Below the pieces are notes generated by a model. The model was not told the origin of the DNA, ran no database searches, and saw only the letters and a program-made list of their open reading frames with translations. 64,000 nucleotides of DNA, taken from assembly GCA_041746715.1 (NCBI GenBank), contig JBGTGN010000095.1, positions 12,685 to 76,684 of the forward strand, given 5' to 3'. This DNA is from Pirellulales bacterium. Lineage in GTDB: Bacteria; Planctomycetota; Planctomycetia; Pirellulales; UBA1268. Shown one piece after another: positions 17,636-25,690 of the stretch. The first letter of the stretch is position 1. Each line of letters begins with the position of its first letter. The position numbers and the translations under genes are program-made.

Positions 17636-18568
17636 ATGAGCGATGACGACAAGACTCGAATCCTCGGCGGGCGAGCGGACGACGAAAAGACCCGCGTCCT
17701 TGGCGGCGGCGGGGTTGACGACGCCCGAACGCGTGTGCTCAAGGCTGCGGACGCCGCCCGGATAGCGGCCCAGAGCGAAGATGACATCGCCACCCGTGTG
17801 CTGTCGCGAGAGGCGGCAGCCGCGTTGGTCTCCGGCAGTGCTGCGGCCCAGCCAGCCCAGGTGGTGGCCCCGCAAGGCACCCCCGGTGACCGGATCGTTT
17901 TTCAATGCCCCAATGGGCATCGCATCGTGGTCGGGAAACAGTTTGCGGGCAAGCGGGGCAAGTGCAACAAATGTGGCGCCAACGTCCAGATCCCGACGCT
18001 GACCGACGAACCGGTGGATGACCCGTTTGCGTCCATCGGAAATGCCCCATCGGAGGCCGCATCACAGGAATTTGCGTTGCCCGGCGAGCCGACCGGCCCG
18101 GAAGGGGATGAGCCGCCGTCGCTTGAAGGGCTTCCATTTGAACGTCTCGGAAGCGGTGAGGAGGGGGCCGAGGCCACCGGCGAGTCCGAAGACGATGAGG
18201 GGGGAGCGGTTGACTGGAATTTCGACGCGGGCGATGACAACCGAAGCACGACGAGGAACGACGCGTCACCATGGGGCGAGGTCGATAACCTGCCCTCATT
18301 CGACGCAGGCGACGGCAACCCGACGGCGCGGCTCGTGGCCAGGCTGTGGATGGAGCGGGAACACGGGGGCATCATCGAGCTTCACGTTGTCGGGGGCAGC
18401 GTGCTTCTGCCCCAGTGGTACGACGCGAATTGGTCGCGTGGAACGCATGGCCTCTTCGCGAGCCCCGCGGCCGATGGATCGGTGACGATCACCGCCGTGG
18501 CATGGGAGAACGTGGAAAAGGTGATCGTTCGACAACTCGCCGCTGTCCCCGATGACATGTTCGCGTGA
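17636..18568 (+). CDS. zinc-ribbon protein with repeat-containing N-terminus and acidic linker
   Basis: DDKTRILGG/DEKTRVLGG/DARTRVL repeats. CPNGHRIVVGKQFAGKRGKCNKCGANVQIP zinc ribbon. Start chosen at MSDDDK (17636) inside the long track ORF. Confidence 0.65.
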   Translation: MSDDDKTRILGGRADDEKTRVLGGGGVDDARTRVLKAADAARIAAQSEDDIATRVLSREAAAALVSGSAAAQPAQVVAPQGTPGDRIVFQCPNGHRIVVGKQFAGKRGKCNKCGANVQIPTLTDEPVDDPFASIGNAPSEAASQEFALPGEPTGPEGDEPPSLEGLPFERLGSGEEGAEATGESEDDEGGAVDWNFDAGDDNRSTTRNDASPWGEVDNLPSFDAGDGNPTARLVARLWMEREHGGIIELHVVGGSVLLPQWYDANWSRGTHGLFASPAADGSVTITAVAWENVEKVIVRQLAAVPDDMFA

Positions 18569-18590
18569 GACAGGTTCGGCGACGGGGCGG

Positions 18591-19091
18591 TCACTCCTCC
18601 TCGTCGAGATCCGCCTCGGTGATCATGGAGAAGCCTTTGGAGGCGAGGGTCTCCATCCCCATCTCGGTGTTGTCGACCATGAGGGCGACCGCCGGCCGGC
18701 CATGGGGGCGAACCAGAATCGGATAGGCCTGGATAATGTTCACCTCGGCCTGGAGGAGTGCCGTGCAGATTCGCAGCAGAGGCTGCGCGTCGTCCTGAAG
18801 CTCTACGCCCAAGAGGTCGCTTTCGATGAGGGCGAGGCCCGCCCGTTCGAGGATCTCGCGGCCCTGTTCCGGATGGCTCAGCAGGAAGCGGACAAACGCA
18901 CACTCACCCGCATCGCTGATCGAGAGGGCGACGATGCGCACCCGGGAGCCCTCGAATCGCCGTACGACTTCGAGGAGCTGGCCCACACGATTTTCGAGAA
19001 AGACGGTGAATTGACGAAGTGTCGGCCAGTTGCGCCCGCGGGCCGTCGCAAAACCAATACCGCTTCCTTCCCCAGCGTCACCCAGGCTCAC
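18591..19091 (-). CDS. tandem ACT-domain protein
   Basis: FTVFLENRVGQLLEVVRRF and a second ACT-like half. Start is uncertain: the track ATG at 19214 would overlap the divergent thioesterase start, and an in-frame GTG exists at 19091. Confidence 0.6.
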   Translation of the reverse strand: MSLGDAGEGSGIGFATARGRNWPTLRQFTVFLENRVGQLLEVVRRFEGSRVRIVALSISDAGECAFVRFLLSHPEQGREILERAGLALIESDLLGVELQDDAQPLLRICTALLQAEVNIIQAYPILVRPHGRPAVALMVDNTEMGMETLASKGFSMITEADLDEEE

Positions 19092-19212
19092 GTCTACTTC
19101 TCCACAGGGGTCCGGCCTTGGCCGCTCGAGCAATGCCGTTCCCGGCGCGTTGCTGGCAGGATAAAGTCTCGTCGGCCGCCCGGTCAAACACGGGAGGCTC
19201 CAGGAGGCCGCC

Positions 19213-19596
19213 ATGCCCGACGTTCACGAGATGGAAATTCGCGTCCGCTACCAGGAAACCGACGGCCAACGGCGAGTACACCATGCCAACTACCTGACCT
19301 ATTTCGAGATGGGCCGAACAGAGATGCTCCGGTCTTACGGCCACGCCTACAAGGATTTTGAAGACGCGGGCCTCTTCATGGTCGTCAGCGAGGCCCACAT
19401 CCACTACCAGGCCCCTGGCGAATACGACGACCTGCTGCTGCTGCGAACCCGCGTCGAGAAGGTGGGCGCGGCCCACATTAAGCACGCCTACGAGGTGATC
19501 CGTGGCACTCGCATCATCGTCACCGGCTCCACGACCGTGGTGTGTGTCGATCCCGAGGGCAGGGTTCGGCGGCTTCCTGAATGGATCACGGGCTGA
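19213..19596 (+). CDS. YbgC/4HBT-family acyl-CoA thioesterase
   Basis: IRVRYQETDGQRRVHHANYLTYFE is the hot-dog fold signature with catalytic Asp. Confidence 0.85.
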   Translation: MPDVHEMEIRVRYQETDGQRRVHHANYLTYFEMGRTEMLRSYGHAYKDFEDAGLFMVVSEAHIHYQAPGEYDDLLLLRTRVEKVGAAHIKHAYEVIRGTRIIVTGSTTVVCVDPEGRVRRLPEWITG

Positions 19597-19608
19597 CGAT
19601 GCCCGGCG

Positions 19609-20046
19609 TCATTCCCCGATGTCTTCATTCCACAGTTCGGGGTGGCGTGTCATGAAGTCCTGCATGAGGGCCAGGCACCGGGCGTCATCCCGCACCTCGA
19701 TCGAAACGCCCCGCGATGCAAGCCACGCCTCCTCTCCCATGAACGATCGGTTCTCACCGATCACGACCCGTGGGATGCGGTAGAGCGCGATCGCCCCGCT
19801 GCACATTGGGCAGGGCGAGAGGGTCGTGTAGATCGTGCACTCGCGATAGAACGACGCTGGCCGCCTCCCCGTACGCTCAAGCGCGTCCATTTCCCCGTGG
19901 AGGATGGCGCTGCCCTGCTGAACACGCCGGTTGTGTCCTCGGCCCACGATCTCGCCGTCATGAACGATCACCGACCCAATCGGAATGCCGCCTTCGGCAA
20001 CTCCCGCCTCTGCTTCCTCGATCGCCGCTGCCATGAATGGGTCCAT
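19609..20046 (-). CDS. CMP/dCMP-type zinc deaminase (nucleoside/cytosine deaminase-like)
   Basis: HGEMDAL and PCPMCSGAI zinc-binding motifs. Confidence 0.85.
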   Translation of the reverse strand: MDPFMAAAIEEAEAGVAEGGIPIGSVIVHDGEIVGRGHNRRVQQGSAILHGEMDALERTGRRPASFYRECTIYTTLSPCPMCSGAIALYRIPRVVIGENRSFMGEEAWLASRGVSIEVRDDARCLALMQDFMTRHPELWNEDIGE

Positions 20047-20128
20047 CGTGTCGCCTCCTTTTGGGTTCGTGTTGGAGCATGGTAACGCATGCCCCTCTCA
20101 TTTTGGGAGGAGGTGATGCCAACTGGTA

Positions 20129-20215
20129 GCTCGGGGTTGCCCGTGCCGCGGCGAGACAGGATGCCCATGGACGACGTGCGATAGAATCCCGCGGTGGACG
20201 CATAGCGCCACGGCA
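20129..20215. repeat. degenerate copy (G) of the palindromic repeat family
   Basis: gctcggggttgcccgtgcc (20129-20147) is identical to the left arm of copy C. The remainder is diverged (gcgccacggcatc as a possible right-arm remnant). Confidence 0.45.
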
Positions 20216-20234
20216 TCACGAATCAGGAAATCGC

Positions 20235-20921
20235 ATGAAGGTCTTGATCCTGAGCGACAACGAGCGGGTGTACGGAAACATCCGGGAGGTTGTTGACAAA
20301 CACGCTATTGCTGGAGCCAGTTTCGACTTCAGGTGTCGGCCCGGGAGCAAGATTGCGCATGTCCTCGAGCCGATCGACGTAGACGCCATGCTGGCATACG
20401 ACGTGATCATCTCGACCCACTCGAATCACATTCTGCCGCCGAGCGTGGTGCAAAGTCGCTTGTGTGTCAATTTGCACCCTGGCTACAACCCATACAACCG
20501 AGGATGGCATCCGCATGTGTTCAGCATGCTCGATGGTTCGCCGGTTGGTGTGACCCTGCACCTCATGGACGAACGAATCGACACCGGCGCGATCATTGAT
20601 CGCGCGGCAGTGCCAGTCGAAGCCACCGATACGGGTGGGGATGTGCTCGAAAAAATCTACGATCTCGAGAAAGTGATGTTCGACCGGAACATCGAGAACC
20701 TCATTGCTGGAACCTTCTTGACACGTGCCCCGGAGTTCACCGGCAAACTCAATACGCGGAGAGACTTCGAGGCGCTCTGTGCGCTTGACCTTGACGCCGT
20801 AGGAACTCTACGTGAGCACATCCACTTGCTTCGGTCGCTCACGAATATCAACTACAGGAACGCTTTTTTCATTGACGATGGCCAAAAGATCTTCGTCAAC
20901 GTAGACCTCAAACGGAAATGA
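20235..20921 (+). CDS. sugar N-formyltransferase (dTDP-4-amino-4,6-dideoxyglucose formyltransferase-like)
   Basis: Formyl_trans_N core NLHPGYNPYNRGWHPHVFS and HLMDERIDTGAII. Codon third positions are visibly more A/T-rich than in neighbouring genes. Confidence 0.75.
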   Translation: MKVLILSDNERVYGNIREVVDKHAIAGASFDFRCRPGSKIAHVLEPIDVDAMLAYDVIISTHSNHILPPSVVQSRLCVNLHPGYNPYNRGWHPHVFSMLDGSPVGVTLHLMDERIDTGAIIDRAAVPVEATDTGGDVLEKIYDLEKVMFDRNIENLIAGTFLTRAPEFTGKLNTRRDFEALCALDLDAVGTLREHIHLLRSLTNINYRNAFFIDDGQKIFVNVDLKRK

Positions 20922-20938
20922 GGCGTGGCGAATAATAA

Positions 20939-20959
20939 TGGGCGGCGAGGGACTCGAAC
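20939..20959 (+). repeat. attL core (displaced tRNA-Val 3' fragment)
   Basis: tgggcggcgagggactcgaac is identical to 29758-29778. Confidence 0.9.
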
Positions 20960-20985
20960 GAACCGAGTTTTCGCCGCGAAACGGC

Positions 20986-21165
20986 ATGGTAGTAGATTCA
21001 CCCGGCACAGAATCCGGCACAGTGCCGCCCGGATTGGCTGATCTCGTCAAGCTCATGGCAGGGCTGACGCCGTCTCAAGTCAGTGCTCTCGTCACCCTGG
21101 CTCAATCTCTCGCCGGCTCTCCGGAGGGTGAGAAGGGCAAAAGGGTGATAAGGGGGAAAAGGTGA
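20986..21165 (+). CDS. small hypothetical protein (doubtful)
   Basis: The track ORF 20938..21165 begins inside attL. The C-terminal part (GLADLVKLMAGLTPSQVSALVTLAQSL) looks protein-like, but it overlaps repeat motifs. Confidence 0.25.
   Translation: MVVDSPGTESGTVPPGLADLVKLMAGLTPSQVSALVTLAQSLAGSPEGEKGKRVIRGKR
21001..21023 (+). repeat. candidate integrase arm-type site (left): CCGGCACAG-AAT-CCGGCACAG
   Basis: cccggcacagaatccggcacagt is identical to 29634-29656. Confidence 0.7.
21123..21165 (+). repeat. purine-rich iteron-like cluster (GGGTGA x3, 17-nt period)
   Basis: GGGTGA at 21126 and 21143, and AGGTGA at 21160. About 32/40 identity by eye to the reverse complement of 28161-28200. Confidence 0.55.
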
Positions 21166-21474
21166 TGAGCCCCGCGGACGCGGAGAGTCGATAAGCATGG
21201 GCTTTCGACGGTAGCACACCCTTAGACGCGAGGCGTTCTAGGGAGCCGTGGCTCCCTCGCCACCCTTTTCTCCCTTATCCCCGTCAATCGAACGCCTCCT
21301 TGGCTATCCCCCTGCCTCCCTATCGACGGCAACCGCTCGCTCATCGTCGCATCATCGACGCTCATCGTCGGATCAAAGCCGATCCCGTGAGCCTCGCTCC
21401 ATCGCCGGAGGATGGTACTGTACGGGCATACACTACCCGTGATATACTGGCGGTATCCCAAAGATGGAGCCGCG

Positions 21475-21735
21475 ATGACACACGATGCCGTAGTTCTCAA
21501 TCGACGCGAAGCCGCCCGCTATGTCGGCAGGGCGGAGAGCACACTCCGCGAGTGGGCGAGGTGGGATATCGGCCCGCCCTTCTACAAAAGCGGACCGCAT
21601 CGGCAGAGCAAGGTCTGCTACCCGCTCGCGGGACTTTCCGCATGGGTGGCCGCCGGATGCCGGCTCGATCGCCGCGGCAGTAAGCCCGCCGGCATGCCAT
21701 CGTTCACGCCACCGCCCCGGAGCCGGGCATCGTGA
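21475..21735 (+). CDS. AlpA/excisionase-type HTH (HTH_17-like) DNA-binding protein
   Basis: VVLNRREAARYVGRAESTLREWARWDIGPPFYKSG...LAGLSAWV fits the MerR-superfamily Xis/AlpA pattern. Start chosen at MTHDAV. Confidence 0.65.
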   Translation: MTHDAVVLNRREAARYVGRAESTLREWARWDIGPPFYKSGPHRQSKVCYPLAGLSAWVAAGCRLDRRGSKPAGMPSFTPPPRSRAS

Positions 21736-22463
21736 GCATGGAAGCCCTCGCGAACGCCGTGATCGATCGGGCGGAATCGCTCCTGGCAGCGGTTCAGTGT
21801 GACGAGCCCGCGATTCACGTTCTCGACATGGCGGCGACCGATGGCACGGGCGGATTGTCGCACGGCAGCGGTCACCACGTCGCCCAGGCTCACGGCCTCG
21901 CCGGCTGTGCGGTCATGGTTCGCGTGGCTCCGTTTCTCGCGGAATTCCTCGCCGACATTCCCGCCCGGCATCTCGCTCACGTCAGACCGGCTCTCGTGGC
22001 GATGCCGATCGAATTCCTCGCGGCTCACGAGGCCGGGCATGCCATCGTGAGCCCGCTCGATCCGTCCGAACTAGACGCGACCGAAGCCGAACGGCTCCGC
22101 GGCCTCGCGACTGCCGACACGGTGACGCTCCGCGATCGTGCCGAGTCTCATCATCCCGCATGGGCGGCAGCGGTGGCGATTCTGTACGCCCGCGGCATGG
22201 CTCTCCGGCCCGATCATGCAACTCAGTGGCGAAAGCTCGCCGTGGCTGAATTTGAGGGCTACGGGTTCGACTTTGCCACGGTCGCGGCCCTTGTGGCTGA
22301 CGTGCCGGCGGGAGCCTCGATCCGGCAGCTTGTGGCCGATGCCGATTGGCTCGATCGCATCACGGCAGCATGCCCGACGATCGAAGAACGTCGCCGGCTC
22401 ATGGCCGAACGAAACAACGTGCCGGGTGTGCCGGCTCGTGAACTTGCGGCGGTGGCCGCGTAA
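21732..22463 (+). CDS. hypothetical protein with HExxH (HEAGH) putative zinc-metallopeptidase motif
   Basis: FLAAHEAGHAIV. 4-nt overlap with the upstream HTH gene. The family was not verified. Confidence 0.5.
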   Translation: MSMEALANAVIDRAESLLAAVQCDEPAIHVLDMAATDGTGGLSHGSGHHVAQAHGLAGCAVMVRVAPFLAEFLADIPARHLAHVRPALVAMPIEFLAAHEAGHAIVSPLDPSELDATEAERLRGLATADTVTLRDRAESHHPAWAAAVAILYARGMALRPDHATQWRKLAVAEFEGYGFDFATVAALVADVPAGASIRQLVADADWLDRITAACPTIEERRRLMAERNNVPGVPARELAAVAA

Positions 22464-22480
22464 CTGGGAGGGATTCTTTC

Positions 22481-23206
22481 ATGTCGAGTCTTTTGGAACT
22501 GATCCGCGGCCGCAAACGTGAGCGAGCCTCCGGCGTTGTCGATCTCGCCAAACGTGTCGCCGATGGCGAGCGAGTCGATCTCGACCGCATCGAAGATGCC
22601 CTCCTCAGAGCCGGCATGGAGCCCGAAGAATTCGACACGCTCACGGAACTGTGCCGGCAGCGTGCCGCATGGCGGAAGCGTGCCGCGGGGCTGCCGGGTG
22701 CCGAGCGTGAAGCCGCCGCAACTCAGGCGAAGATCGACGCCGAAGATGCCAAGCTCGCCGCCGCTCGCCGGGCTCACGAGTCAGTAACGGAGCCGATGTA
22801 CGAAACGCTCCGGGTGATCGAGTCTCGCATTCTCGACTGCCGAACGGCTCACGGTGAACTTGCAAGCGAGCACAACGTGCCGGAGGCTCTCCGCACGAAA
22901 CGACGCGAAGCCGCAAGGGCTCATGAGCAAGCCGCGGCGGCTCTCAGGACCGCCAAGGCATCCCTCGCGACAGCGGAGAGCCATGCCGAAGGGCATCGGC
23001 GTACCCTCGGTGCCGACGTTCCCAAGCAGCTTTCGGCACACGAGAAGGGGCTTTTGCAACACGCTGACGCTCTCGCCGCCGAACGGCTCCGCAATGCAGA
23101 GCGAACGATCGCGAGACTCGCTCCCGAAGTCGCCGACTTGGCCCGACGCGAAGCCGAAGCCCGTGCCGCCCTCACGGCTGCCGACAAAGCGATCCTCGAT
23201 TTTTGA
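22481..23206 (+). CDS. hypothetical coiled-coil protein
   Basis: Ala/Glu/Arg-rich heptad-like sequence throughout. GGGAGGG RBS. Confidence 0.6.
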   Translation: MSSLLELIRGRKRERASGVVDLAKRVADGERVDLDRIEDALLRAGMEPEEFDTLTELCRQRAAWRKRAAGLPGAEREAAATQAKIDAEDAKLAAARRAHESVTEPMYETLRVIESRILDCRTAHGELASEHNVPEALRTKRREAARAHEQAAAALRTAKASLATAESHAEGHRRTLGADVPKQLSAHEKGLLQHADALAAERLRNAERTIARLAPEVADLARREAEARAALTAADKAILDF

Positions 23207-23316
23207 TTCTCGTGAGAGGGTGCCAAACCGTGGAGAGCCGGTGTTGGACGGCCCTCCGCGGGGCGGTGCCGGAAGTTGTACCGAGTACAAGATCGATCAT
23301 CACTCGAAAGGAAACC

Positions 23317-23541
23317 ATGTCCGCTCAGTCTGTATCCGCTGAAATTGTCGCCGAAGCCCGCCGGCTTGATTCGATCGGGCATCCCGTGATCGTCTCAACT
23401 GCCGAGCCCGCGACCGTGACCGATGCCGCGGAGCAATATCGTCTCGCATGCCGGCACGGTGACGGTGAGCACGCTCTACGTCGTCTCGCGTTGGCTCTCG
23501 CTGATGGCGGGCGTGGCGTGGCAGGCAGGATCGAGACGTGA
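23317..23541 (+). CDS. small hypothetical protein
   Basis: AAGGAAACC RBS before ATG 23317. The track ORF starts further upstream at 23203. Confidence 0.45.
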   Translation: MSAQSVSAEIVAEARRLDSIGHPVIVSTAEPATVTDAAEQYRLACRHGDGEHALRRLALALADGGRGVAGRIET

Positions 23542-23917
23542 GCCATGCCGCCAATGTGTCCCCGGCGATTGTGTCCGGTCAAGAAACCGCCGCCACCGCC
23601 GCCGGAGAATCCGCCACCGCCGACAACCGGCCCGACTTGAGGGGTATCACGAGTCGGCTCGATCCCCGATCGGGCGTTACACGCGAAATACGGAGGCCGT
23701 TTTTTTGGAGAGCGAGCAAGTCGAACGCGATCCGGGGACCGGGGACGTTCACACTGCCGGAGAGGGCACGATTGATTTTGCTCCGGGCGTGGCGGCTCGC
23801 GTTGTTGAACTCCGGGCGACGGTTCCGAACTGGCCCTTCGGATTGACGGGGAAGCCTCGCCCGACCGGCTTGGCTCAATTTTTGGCGTTGACGGACAGCA
23901 GGTATCGGACAGATTGA
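23538..23917 (+). CDS. hypothetical coding region, frame ambiguous (possible -1 shift at T7 run 23700-23706)
   Basis: GTGA-overlap start at 23538 gives a natural-looking N-terminus that becomes Arg-rich junk downstream. The -1 frame (track ORF 23423..23917) shows the opposite pattern. Confidence 0.3.
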
Positions 23918-24016
23918 AACACGGCTCGCGGACTGATCCTCCGCATAGGCAGGCGTGGCGGCTGTTCTCCCAGACGGCCGCCCGCCCGCCGGCCGAAACA
24001 CACTGGGAGAAACACC

Positions 24017-24730
24017 ATGCCGCAAGGCATCACGCGACTGATCGAGATTGCCCGACGATGGCACGAAACACTGTGGGCATATCAACCGCCGCCGGGCTCC
24101 ACGATCGACGTGAGTTTCCTCCGGCAATTCGAGCCGGCTGATTCCGTTGTCGATGCCGCGGCTCAAGATGCCGCCCGCGAAGCCCTCGCGGCCTCGATCC
24201 CCGATCGTGCATTCGATGCCGTCGAAAGCCTCGCGACGGCATGCCGATCCCTCCACGGCATCATGGGTGACGAGCAAGTACAGGCGGCTCTGGACTCGCT
24301 CACGTTAGCGATCCGAAAGGCGGAAGTGTTCGCGGCCGTGGCGGCGGAGCAAAGTGACACGATGCCACTTTGCTCCGATGCCGGCGGTGCGGTGGACACG
24401 AAAACGGAGCCACCACAGAAACGACCGCCGCGACGGTATAGCCCCGAACTGAAAGCGGACATCTTGAAGTATGTCGTCAGCAGGGGCAGCGAGGGCATAT
24501 GGGAATTGGTGATCGACTTTTGCAATTCGCGGCGTGCTAGATGGAATGACATTCTCAAGGCCCACGATGGCGAGACTCCGCAGCAAGCCGCTCTGCGAGT
24601 ATGGGAAGCCGTCACGACATGGGAACGGCGAGAGGAAGAACGCCGCCACCGACAAACACCGACAAAGGCACCGACAAGCCCGAAGCCCAGGCAGTCAGGG
24701 GCGAGCCGTGGAAAAGCCCGGCATCGGTAG
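24017..24730 (+). CDS. hypothetical protein (C-terminal part RRYSPELKADILKYVV resembles HTH_Tnp_1-type DNA-binding helices)
   Basis: GGGAGA RBS. Basic Pro/Lys/Arg-rich tail. Confidence 0.55.
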   Translation: MPQGITRLIEIARRWHETLWAYQPPPGSTIDVSFLRQFEPADSVVDAAAQDAAREALAASIPDRAFDAVESLATACRSLHGIMGDEQVQAALDSLTLAIRKAEVFAAVAAEQSDTMPLCSDAGGAVDTKTEPPQKRPPRRYSPELKADILKYVVSRGSEGIWELVIDFCNSRRARWNDILKAHDGETPQQAALRVWEAVTTWERREEERRHRQTPTKAPTSPKPRQSGASRGKARHR

Positions 24731-24745
24731 GCGTGGCTCCATTGT

Positions 24746-24764
24746 GGGGACAAAGTTTGTCCCC
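24746..24764 (+). terminator. perfect 9-bp-stem hairpin between two island transcription units
   Basis: ggggacaaa-g-tttgtcccc followed by gtttgt. Lies 16 nt after the stop at 24730. Confidence 0.4.
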
Positions 24765-24843
24765 GTTTGTCGGTGTAACTCGTGAACGCTCACGAAGAAG
24801 GCACCGCGAAAACCCGTGATGATGAACGTGTACATCCGTCAAT

Positions 24844-25113
24844 GTGACGGGTGACGTTCACCACGAGGTTTTACAAATGCTTCGCAAGACAGTCACCACG
24901 AGTGACAAGCCGGCGATCGAGCCGGATGGAGCGATCGACGTTCACGCGGTCGCGAGTTTGTACGGGTGCTCGGTTCGCCACGTTCTCCGCATGGCAGACA
25001 CGGGCGAAATTCCTCCCGGGTTCCGGCTCCGGAATCTTCGCCGATGGAAACGATCGGTGATCGTCGCCGACATCGCGAGCAAGGCTGACGCGAGCAACGG
25101 GGCGAAGCCGTGA
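24844..25113 (+). CDS. excisionase/AlpA-type HTH (HTH_17-like) protein
   Basis: IDVHAVASLYGCSVRHVLRMADTGEIPPGFRLRNLRRWKRSVI. GTG start at 24844, or ATG at 24877. Confidence 0.65.
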   Translation: MTGDVHHEVLQMLRKTVTTSDKPAIEPDGAIDVHAVASLYGCSVRHVLRMADTGEIPPGFRLRNLRRWKRSVIVADIASKADASNGAKP

Positions 25114-25328
25114 ACCGGCAGCAGCTTGTTCGCCGCCGGGCTCACGAGTCAGTAGAGGCCGGCAAGTTTTTTCACTCACAAGCCCGGGCGGCTCAACGCT
25201 CCGGTGATCTTGCGGGTGCGATCCGTTGGGCTCAGAGGGCGGTCAACGCTCTCAGGCACGATCGGATTTTGTGTGCGGAAGCGGATCGTTTTTTGAATCG
25301 TCTCAACAATGGAGGTGCCGACCGATGA
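25110..25328 (+). CDS. small hypothetical protein
   Basis: GTGA overlap upstream and ATGA overlap downstream, suggesting translational coupling. Confidence 0.45.
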   Translation: MNRQQLVRRRAHESVEAGKFFHSQARAAQRSGDLAGAIRWAQRAVNALRHDRILCAEADRFLNRLNNGGADR

Positions 25329-25690
25329 TCGATGAGAACTTCTACGGATTGCCGTGCCCAGTGCCGGTATCAGAATCGAAAAATGACAAAGTGGCGTGGG
25401 TCTATCGCCTCGCCCTTTCGGCTCGCTCGGAATTGCTTCGGTATGAAATCGGCGACACGCTGACGCCGATCGCAACCGGAGTGAGTGCGGCCGTCACACG
25501 GTGGTGCCTGGCATGTGACGACGATGACCCGCTCGCTCGCGACTGGCTCACGGTCAATGGGTGCGACCCGTTCGCGGTGGCGTGGCTCGCGGCTGCGATC
25601 GCGGAGATTCTCTGTCTCGATCCCGTGACCCAAGCGTGGCTCTCGTCGCATCGGCTGCCGTCGCGGGTTATGCGAAAGGATGGTGAGTGA
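25325..25690 (+). CDS. hypothetical protein
   Basis: Start at MIDENFYG is coupled to the previous stop. No recognisable motif. Confidence 0.5.
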   Translation: MIDENFYGLPCPVPVSESKNDKVAWVYRLALSARSELLRYEIGDTLTPIATGVSAAVTRWCLACDDDDPLARDWLTVNGCDPFAVAWLAAAIAEILCLDPVTQAWLSSHRLPSRVMRKDGE

